Shown: positions 54,376 through 64,000 of the stretch, in pieces | Layout: the number at the start of each line of letters is the position of its first letter | How positions within the stretch are numbered: position 1 is the first letter of the stretch | Assembly (NCBI GenBank): GCA_951406725.2 | Contig: OX597822.1 | Span: 49,166,001 to 49,230,000 of the forward strand | Direction: 5' to 3' | DNA length: 64,000 nt | From: Octopus vulgaris | Lineage: Eukaryota | Translations under genes and position numbers: made by a program | Notes under the pieces: generated by a model | The model's database searches: none | Seen by the model: only the letters and a program-made list of their open reading frames with translations | Told to the model about the DNA's origin: nothing

Positions 54376-54661
54376 TCAAGAATGAAGGCAGAAATAAGTG
54401 TGTTGCTGTAGAGGAGATGCATAGCTACCCAGCCAGATGGAAGAGCAAGTGAAAGGGGGAAAGAGAGAGGGAGAGAGGGAAAGAGAGAGGGAGAAAGTAG
54501 GAAATAGCAAAATAGTTTCTTCGATATTAATTTTGTACGTATAATCAATCATATGGTTTCTAATTGCTTTCATGACATTAATATTCTTATTAATAGATTT
54601 CTGTTTCGTTCCTCAAATTTCTTTCCATGATCGGAGACCTGAGATTCGGTGTGAGATTTAA

Positions 54662-54734
<73 letters not shown>

Positions 54735-54879
54735 GTCTGTCTGTCTGTCTGTCTGTGTGTCTGCCTGTCTGTCTGTGCGTCTGTGGTATGCATGCATATA
54801 TGTGTGTGCGCCTAGTATGTGTGTATATATCTTTATATGTGAGCACATACACACACACACACACACACGCCAAAAAACA

Positions 54880-55740
54880 AAAGACGAAGACAGGTGGTGT
54901 AGATAACAGCTAGATGTATTAATTTAACGCTCGAGAAGTGAAAAATCTTTAACGTTTCGAGCCTACGCTCTTCCACAGAAAGGAACACAGAAAGAGACAA
55001 AGAGAGAAAATAAAGAATGTGTTGTGGCTAGCGATCTGTCATGGCGAATGCCGGACAGAAGGGTCACACAGGAGTGCTAGGAAGAAGGGGAGATAATAAA
55101 GTAGTGGTGATCCTAAAACGAAGTTGCGCTTGCGTGTGTATGTGAGAGTATGTATGTGCGTGTGGAAGTGGGCTGGTGACCTTGACATGCGCGTGTGTGT
55201 ATGTGTAGTGGTCTGGGAAGTGGTCAGTGCTAGTGTGTGCGTGGTGGTGTAATGTGATGTGGTGGTATAATGTGATGTGAAGTAGTGTTGTGTGGTATGG
55301 TGGTGTATGGTGTAGTGATGTGGTGTGATTGTGTTGGGGGTGGGGAGGCAAGAGTGGGGAAAGCAAGGGTGGGGTGTGGCTTAGGCTAAGGGTGGGGCTA
55401 GAGGTGGGGTATGTGAGAAGGCTGAAGGTGGAGGTACAGGTGGGGTATGTGGGAGTGGGTGTAAGGGATGGGTGGGATGGGATAGATAAGGAAGGTGGGG
55501 TTGGACTGTGTAGGGGTGGGGTGAGGTTACGAGGGAGAAGTGACGATGAATGGGGAAGGGAGAAGGTGGGTAGGGTGTGAAGAGAAGAGATGAGAGTAGG
55601 AGTTAAGAGAAGTAGGAGTCGGAGCAAGAGAGGCGAGGTGGTGGGAGGAAGTAGGTGTGAGGGGAAAGAGGAGAGGGGAGGAGGTTAGATGAAGACGGGA
55701 GGAGAGTTGAGCCCATGTGGCGCAAAGGAGCGAAGAGAGA
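54880..55740 (-). repeat. Penelope-associated/retrozyme-like repeat: C-rich low-complexity body ending in a hammerhead-like hairpin
   Basis: Minus 54980-54951 reads CTGTGGA A GAGC-GTAG-GCTC GAAA CGTT (core A6 mutated). A similar truncated terminus CTGACGAAGAGCTCCGC is at 43942. Confidence 0.5.
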
Positions 55741-55743
55741 ATA

Positions 55744-56500
55744 TTAAAAGAAACTATCTATTATCTCAAGAGAGCCTCCTGGGCTTTTGAGAGAGTTTAA
55801 GTCTCTCGTGCTTTTAGTGCTTACTGTTCCTGCGCATCTGCCACACACGAAAGCGATCTTATCCGTTAACCTACCCTCGATTCCATTGCATATCTTATGC
55901 ATCCATAGCTTACACTTAGTGCAACAAATGGAATAACGTCCCACTCCTTCCCTAAATATTGAGCAGAGCCATTTACCTGAGCGAAAGAGAGTTATACTTG
56001 CTTTCTTGCTAACAACTTTAGTCTTTGCTAAGACAGCTTTAATGCCTTTTAATTTCAGGCTTTGCTTCTAAACCTGGAACTTCTCCAATTCTGCTTCAGA
56101 TTCTGCAATAAGAGCGAGATCATCAGCATATAGCAGTTCCCACGAACATCCAATTTTGAATTTCTCTTTAATTGCCTAGAAAACTATGATGACTAAGGGT
56201 GGACATAGACCTGATCCCTAGTGAACTCCAACATGTACACTAAATTCATCACTGACTCTAACCTAACTGACATAATCGCTGTTCATGGCTTGTACGGCTC
56301 TAACAAGCCACTCCTCTACTCTTAATTTCTTTAGAGATCACCAGATAAGGGAGCAGGAAATCCTGTCGAAAGCTTTCTCCAGGTCGACGAAGGCTAAGTA
56401 CAATGGTTTACTTTTGGCTAAATACTTTTCTCACTAGGAAGATGGCATCTGTGGTACTTCTCCCTGAAACAAAAACGAACTGTATCTCATCTAGTCGAGC
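55744..56500 (-). mobile_element. RTE-clade LINE RT fragment with Cys-rich (PHD-like) insert
   Basis: [46 protein letters not shown], then CSIFREGVGRYSICCTKCKLWMHKICNGI...FVCGRCAG. Confidence 0.9.
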
Positions 56501-56516
56501 AAGGGAGAGAGGGAGT

Positions 56517-56562
<46 letters not shown>

Positions 56563-56752
56563 GAGAGAAAGAAAGATTGGCTGATAGGTATTTGAATTCC
56601 TTTCTATGATTGAAATGAAATTGACTCCTGGCTATTAAAGGCCCAACTTTACACACACACACACACGCGCACATACAGAGATAAACACACACAAACACAC
56701 ACACACACATGCGCACACACACACGCACACAAACACACACACATACACACAC

Positions 56753-56785
<33 letters not shown>

Positions 56786-57976
56786 AGAATTTGTAAATGT
56801 CCAAAAGAACGTGAAATAATTCTTCTTGGAAATAGTCGATCTACTATTCCAATGAGATTTAGAGCAATCTTAAGGTAAAATAATTTCAGTGCTAATCATT
56901 AGTGTGCTGTATATTATTGCTTATTTGTTCTTTATTCCGTTTTACATAACTAATAGGTTCTTTTCTACTCTAGGCATAAGGCCTGAAATTTTGGGCGGGG
57001 AGGGGTCAGTCGATTAGATCAACACCAGTACGCAACTGGTACATAACTAAGAGATTTTCTATAATATAATAACTAATGATGAGGTCCGTTGTTTCATCAG
57101 AATATAATGCTTCTTGGGCCAAAAATGGTGACAACAAATGAAGGTGTGCTTAAATTGCTAGCGTACGTTTTGATTGGTTGTTATATTCATTAGATTCTTG
57201 TATATGTGCGTTCGGTGAATGTAAAGAGTGTAACTGCGCCCTCTTTGAGTGTCTGAAGTACATATTAGTATTTACTGGAATGCATGCGTGTATGTGTTAT
57301 TAATGTATCTTTTACAGATGCCAGCATATGTTTAAAGAGTTCATGCAACATATTCTATAAAAGACAAATAACAATTATGTGTACATATATGCATGTGTGC
57401 GTATACATCCAATTTAAAAGCATAGGTGGCTACATACATACATACAAGCATACGCCTACATACATACACATATATACACAAATTATCATTTGTAACCTAG
57501 GCTATGTTAGTAATACCTGTGTTACTTCCACGATAATCTTGGGTTGTCAATAAAAACCAGTGACTAATTGGCAAGCCTGTTGCCAATACAATATATAGCA
57601 GAATAGTAAAAGTATGCAACACTTTTTCTAAGTTTTGGCATATGACCATCGTTATTATATAATTTCCTTCCTGTTTCCTTGTTTCTTCGTTGCAATCTTT
57701 ATAGAAAAAAATTCAAATAACTGAAATCAAAAAGATAAAAATATACAAAGCACCAAACACATGCATGCATCTATAGCTAGAAATGTTTGATATAATAGTG
57801 AGCCTCAATACTCACAAATATTTACAATAGTCATGCAGTGAAAGTAGCAATGTCATACATAAAAAGTATTTTTTTTTAATAAGTCATCAGAGATGTTCAA
57901 TTAATATCCAAAATAACGTACCAAGAGGTGTTTTCACAAAATAAAAATAAACAGTAATTACAAACAGATTTCCTAC

Positions 57977-58045
57977 CTATGGCAGCCGAATGGTCCCACC
58001 AATCAGACGAACATTGGAACGCTTGCAATCCACTAGTGTGTTTAC
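57977..58045 (-). CDS. GPR158: GPR158/GPR179-like class C GPCR, internal exon (ECL2 to start of TM5)
   Basis: Acceptor TTCTTTCAG| and donor |GTAGGA; 69 nt, phase 1/1. Encodes (G)KHTSGLQAFQCSSDWWDHSAAI(A), matching the GPR158 ECL2 C-x-x-D-x-W-D motif. Joins in frame to the exon starting at 42842. Confidence 0.85.
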   Translation of the reverse strand, partial: VNTLVDCKRSNVRLIGGTIRLP

Positions 58046-58893
58046 CTGAAAGAATATATTTCATATAATCTGAATATATCAATATAAACAGTTGCTAAAT
58101 GTCTAAGCTATTTATCTGTCTGTCTATCAATAAGCGTTTGGGTTTACATGCAGGAATATATTAATTAGTAGATACGTATAAGTGCATTTATTCGTTCAAA
58201 GCTGTAAAATTACTCCATCAGTGTTCCGAACTTCCAGCTTAGATGATTTCTTCAGTTAAACCTGTACTTGTATACAACTGAAAGAATGTGTATTTGTCAT
58301 AAATTCGGTGTAGCAATGAAGAGAAACTGCAGCGGCTCCGAACTCCGATCACACACAGACACACACACACACACACAGACACACACACACACACACACAC
58401 ACACGCGCGCACAGACACACACACACAGACACACACACACACACACACACACACACGCGCACACACACACACATAATTCGTATTCAATAAATAGAAGAAA
58501 AGAAAAGTCGAAAGTTAATAAATTATTAATAAACAGATAAATCTTACTTCCTACATCTGTTCCTGTTTGTCCTCATCAAATACATTACAAATCTATGCTT
58601 TAAATTTGCATTTGTAAGATATGAATAAAATATCATCAGGGAGAAAGATATACAATAGAAGATTACGTGTTGACCTCTTAGTCCATACAGGCCGGCTAAA
58701 TATATGGAGTTATTTTATTTCTATTTTTGTATGTGCGTGAGGTTTAACAGATTAATTTGAATATTATAACATCAGAATGAAAGTAGAATAAATAAGGTAG
58801 GAATAAAATAAAATAATATACAAAGTAAAATACAAGAAAAATAAAACGTATAAAATATAAAATAAATGAGATGCGTATGTATATAGATATATG

Positions 58894-58935
<42 letters not shown>

Positions 58936-58998
58936 TATGTGTGTGTGTGTGTTTCTGTGTGTGTATGAATGTGTATGTGTATATATATGTATACATAC

Positions 58999-59046
<48 letters not shown>

Positions 59047-59253
59047 TTTTATATATATATATATATATATTATATTAAAATAGAGATAAAACCACTATTA
59101 GGCAAATCAAACAATGAAAAACTTAAGCCAATACATAAAATTAATTAATTTATATTATTTTAAATATATATCAAAAGTATTAAAAGTTTAATAAAAGATA
59201 ATATATTATCGGTTGTCAAGCGATGGTAGGGGGACAAACACAGACACACACAA

Positions 59254-59284
<31 letters not shown>

Positions 59285-59314
59285 TACGACATGTTTCTTT
59301 CAGTTTCCGTCTAC

Positions 59315-59354
<40 letters not shown>

Positions 59355-59718
59355 TGCGATTATTACTGTGAGTCTTTTATTATAATACAATTCTACATAC
59401 GCATATATATAGAGAAACCATTATGATTAGATATTTTCTGAAATGCTTAACTGTATGTAAACTAATTCAAATTTCTCCAACCAATGGGCACTGATTCATA
59501 CATAGAGCCTATATATTTTTTCTTACATGTATATATATATATATAAGTGTGTGTGTTTGTATATATATATATGTATCAATCTACTTTTTTTACATACATT
59601 TTTATTATGTATATCTGCATGTACATATTTATCACTATATATGTATAATCTTTTCTACCTTATTCTATTTTTGTTAGACTTTTATCTATGTATTTTATTT
59701 TTATTTTTATCGTATTTA

Positions 59719-60979
59719 TGAGGGGCGTTCAACAAGTAATGCCCCTGACCAACTTGCAGTTGTTTGATCTAGCTGAAATTTTGCATGTGCACTTATTTAT
59801 ACCTCTATGGATTAAGTGGCGAATTACAGCTCTGAACTGATTGTGGTTTCTGATTTACAGGTGTTTGAACTGAGTCAAGTGTGAAATGGAGCCTGTTGAG
59901 TGTCGAGCAGTGATCTGGTTTTTGTATTTGAAAGGACGCACACCACGGGAGACTTTTGATGAAATGAAAGTAACTTATGGTGATTATGCCCCATCATATG
60001 ACCTTGTAAAACGCTGGCATTGTGAATTCAAACATAGTCGGAACTCTGTGGAAACAGCTCCCAGATCTGGTCGCCCCCTTCTGCCGTTGATGAGACGTCT
60101 GTCCGTCAAGTTGAGGCTGCAATTTTGGAAGGTCAACGCATAACTATTCGCCAAATAGCCCATAAGGTCAAGATTAGTACCGGGTCTGTGGAAACTATCA
60201 TTCATGACCATTTGCATATGCAAAAGGTGTCTGCCAGATGGATTTCCAGGTTGCTCACACCTTTCCAGAAGCAAGAACGAGTTGAGTGCCCGAGGATGAA
60301 TTTGGAGATGTGCCAAGAAGATGAGTCAAAATTTTTCAAAAGACTGATCGCACAGGATAAAACCTGGGTCCATCACTATGATCCATAGACCAAAGCCCAG
60401 TCAATGCAGTGAAAGCACCGTGACTCACCTCCTCTAAAGAAGGCAAGGGTTATGCTCACAGTCTTCTGGGACCAGGACGGAGTAGTGATGACAGATTTCC
60501 TGGCAAAGGGTATCACAATTACAGGAGTCTATTATGCTTCACTTTTGAGGATCCATAGACCAAAGCCCAGTCAAGCTATCAAAATCAAGAGGCGGGGCAA
60601 GATCAGCAAAGGCATCCTCCTCCTGCAGGACAACGCTCCGGTCCACAACTCGCGTGTCGCCAGATCAGAAGCACAGGCGTGCAGCTATGAACTCCTCCCC
60701 TTGCACCCTCTGATTTTCACCGCTTCCCAGCCATGAAGTTGATTTTGAAAGGAAAGCGTTTCCCAGATGATGCAGCCTTGATTTCTGAAGTCACGTCGTG
60801 GTTGGAGGACCAAGCTGGGGTCTTCTACAAAAACGGTCTCCAGAGCTGTATCAAACGATGGGAGAAATGCATAACTCTGGGTAGTTCCTATGTAGGAAAA
60901 GACTAAGAACTGTGCCAAGTGTCGTTGCTCTACTGCTATGGGAAGTGGGTCAGGGGCATTACTTATTGAACGCCCCTCG
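59719..60979 (+). mobile_element. Near full-length mariner (irritans-like), inactivated
   Basis: TA-flanked 32-bp TIRs TGAGGGGCGTTCAACAAGTAATGCCCCTGACC (2 mismatches). MEPVECRAVIWFLYLKG..., KVSARWISRLL, IAQDKTWVHHYDP, MLTVFWDQDG, LLQDNAPVH. Confidence 0.95.
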
Positions 60980-61019
60980 TACTTTATATTTTATACATTT
61001 TATTATTTTTCTTGTATTT

Positions 61020-61229
61020 TACTTTATTCTTTTATTTGTTTCAGTCATTTGACTGCGGCCATGCTGGAGCACCACTTTTAGTCGACCAAATCGACCGCAG
61101 GATTTATTCGTTGTAAGCCTAGTACTTATTCTATCGATTTTTAGCGAACCGCTAAGCAAGGGGGACATAAACACACCAACATCGATTGTCAAGAGATGGT
61201 AGGGGGACAAACACAGACACACACAAACA

Positions 61230-61303
<74 letters not shown>

Positions 61304-61467
61304 CGACATGTTTCTTTCAGTTTCCGTCTACCAAATCCACTCACAGGGCTTTGGTCGGCCAGAGGCTGTAGTCGAAGACACTTGCCCAAGGTGCAATGCT
61401 GTGGGACTGAACCTGGAAATATGTGGTTGGTAAGCAAGCTACTTACTACACACCCACTCCTGCGCCT
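61020..61467 (-). mobile_element. SINE family A, full length
   Basis: Ends ...CACACCCACTCCTGCGCC on the plus strand (reverse head); internal (CA)n. Confidence 0.9.
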
Positions 61468-61945
61468 ATGTATATTATTTTATTTTATTTTACCTTATTC
61501 ATTTTACTTTATTTCTTATTATATTCAAATTAATCCGTTAACCCTAACGCACACAAAAATAGAAATAAAATAACCCCATATATTTAGTTTGCCGGTATGA
61601 ACTAAGATGTCAGCATGCAATCTTCTATCGTATATCTTTTTCCCCTGATGATATTTTGTTCATATCTGATAAATGCAAATTTAAAGCATAAATTTGTAAT
61701 TTATTTAATGAGGACAAATGGACACAACTGTAGGAAGTAAGACTTATCAATTTATTAATAAATAATTATTAACCTTTAAGTCCCCATTTTCTTTTCTTTT
61801 TTTTCTATTAATTGAATGCGTATTATATGCATAATATATACCTATTGATTTAGGGAAATTTTATTTCCCCAAAATATAAGGTATAGAACCATTATTTTCA
61901 TGGATGTTATCATGCCTTTAAGAGGTTGATATATTCTCTAATTAA

Positions 61946-62026
<81 letters not shown>

Positions 62027-62039
62027 TATTTATATATTT

Positions 62040-62478
62040 ACTCTTTTACTTGTTTCAGTCATTTGACTGTGGCCATGCTGGAGCACCGCCTTTAGTCGAG
62101 CAAATCGACCCGGGAACTTATTCTTTGTAAGCCCAGTACTTATTCTATCGGTCCCTTTTGCCGAACCGCTAAGTTACGGGGACGTAAACACACCAGCATC
62201 GGTCGTCAAGCAATGATAGGGGGACAAACACAGACACACAAACACACATACATACACACACATATATATATATATACATATATGCGACAGGCTATAAATA
62301 AAATATATACATATATGCGACAGGCTTCTTTCAGTTTCCGTCTACCAAATCCACTCACAAGGCTTTGGTCGGCCCGGGGCTATAGCAGAAGACACTTGCC
62401 CAAGATGCCACGCAGTGGGACTGAACCTGGAACCATGTGATTGCTAAGCAAGCTACTTACCACACAGCCACTCCTGCG

Positions 62479-62480
<2 letters not shown>
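62040..62480 (-). mobile_element. SINE family A, full length, young-looking
   Basis: CTCTTTTACTTGTTTCAGTCATTTGACTG...CACACAGCCACTCCTGCGCC between (TA)n tracts. Confidence 0.92.
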
Positions 62481-62551
<71 letters not shown>

Positions 62552-63922
62552 TCGATTAATGAGAGAGACAGAATATGATCACTACAATCGTTTCGACTTA
62601 TTTGTCATCGATCCGTCACGAGTGGGATTCTAAGCATCTGGTTTAGGTGTAGATGTGTCTTCCTTACAAAAGACAAAAGCAAGAATTTTTTCTGAAACTC
62701 AGTTTATTTAACCGTAAATAGGTACCGTCGGTAAGTATAATAAACAATGAATAACACAGGTATTATAACACAAATTTGACGGACGGAACTGGCAATTCTA
62801 TCGACTCAGTACCTGGTTGGCACTTTATATCATCGAGCCCAGAAAAACATATACTCAAATTTGAAATCAGTGAAATTTGAACTTGGGACAAAGGTCTTTT
62901 TAAACCCAATATTCTACTCGATATTATTTACAGCTTCAACTACATGGTGTCCTACCGTTAAATATGATTTACTTCAAACGTCTTAATATTTCTTAATTCT
63001 TAAAGTGTAAACATAATATTTCAGTGTTTTGTTAGGTTTGGCTTCCAGTTCTTAAACCTCTTTTGTTTCACATTCTCCATAGTATTGTCTTTTTGTTTTA
63101 TGAACATAAGTATATAAAGTTTCAGAGAAACAAACGGCCTCTATTCATCGCCATTATATATATAGTTCATAAACATATATCATAGAACTATATTTTATCT
63201 TAATCAATACAGAATCTGATAATGGAGATGTTTCTTGACTAATGACTGTTATTTCTTCTTAGTGTAAATTGACACAATTAATTTCTTACAAAGTCCATCG
63301 TGTTAATGCATATAGCAAAATGTCCATAACTTCATTAGTTATCTTCTAAAGGCATTCTACTCGCCATCATGAGTGTTAGTAGAATCCTAACAAATGTTAT
63401 TTACTTAAAGCTCTTGTCAAATATTGGTAGTGTGTGGAGAGAGCATTCAGGTTTCGAGAAATTTGTTTTTATTTGATGTTAATCTAATCTAATCTGAGAC
63501 TTATGCTGCTTAAAATATTGCCTTTGTAAGATATAAATAATTGTGAGGAGAAAAGCTTATTTTACTCACCTTTTACTCTGCTATAACAATGTATGAAAAT
63601 ATTTATTCTGTTTACACAAATTCACTTTACATGTACTTCATTCGTAAACATTCTCAAACTTAATTAGAATATATTAAAGGGAATAGCACTGATAAAAGAA
63701 ATAAAACCACGACCATACAAAATATACATGCATAGACACACATACTTAAACACTTTCTGTACTGCTATAAGTGTCTTGAAAATAGCCTCAACAACATTAA
63801 CAACTAAATGTCTTTATATTAAGTTAAACCTCTTGCGAAATATACATACATACATGTATGTATGTATGTATGTATCTTTGTATGTATGTATCTTTGTATG
63901 TATGCATGCATGTATGTATGTA

Positions 63923-63995
<73 letters not shown>

Positions 63996-64000
63996 TTATC

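Larger units (their letters stand above)
58473..61826. repeat. Old large inverted repeat (arms of at least 400 bp) interrupted by later TE insertions
   Basis: 58473-58822 is the reverse complement of 61468-61826; homology resumes at 58822-58862 vs 60981-61024 once the SINE at 61020-61467 is removed. Confidence 0.88.

Noticed and set aside
55064-55627. 187-aa Pro/His/Thr-rich ORF
   Set aside because: Product of a low-complexity G/T-rich repeat body; no splice or domain evidence.
63570-63610. Strong donor-like AAG|GTGAGT on the minus strand as a possible upstream GPCR exon
   Set aside because: The phase-compatible reading (INIFIHCYSRVK) does not resemble the expected TM4/ECL2 sequence; unsupported without RNA data.

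Overview
AT-rich, microsatellite-dense eukaryotic (animal) DNA. The dominant tRNA-derived SINE and the TE mix suggest an octopus genome; this is inferred, not proven. Most ORFs in the supplied track are translations of (TA)n, (CA)n, (TATG)n and (TATC)n tracts. The one host gene is the 3' half of a minus-strand GPR158/GPR179-like class C GPCR. I can splice five coding exons in frame with canonical GT-AG sites: 58045-57977, 42842-42704, 40367-40256, 29678-29472 and 22850-22641. They encode ECL2, TM5-7, the cytoplasmic coiled-coil and a short tail ending -TSL; the 5' exons lie beyond the window. Introns and the downstream flank hold decayed mobile DNA: a hATx-like transposase, five Tc1/mariner elements (DD37D maT, DD36E Tc1, three mariners), R4/Dong and RTE LINE fragments, Penelope RT and GIY-YIG fragments, two ORF1/zinc-knuckle-only retroelement-like units and many SINEs. 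Not explained by simple annotation are a cluster of long inverted repeats and palindromes, several built on one dispersed GCTAGAAATAGCAGCCAAA motif. There are also type-I hammerhead-ribozyme-like motifs, one with an intact catalytic core on the gene's sense strand downstream of its stop codon, and several local templated insertions.
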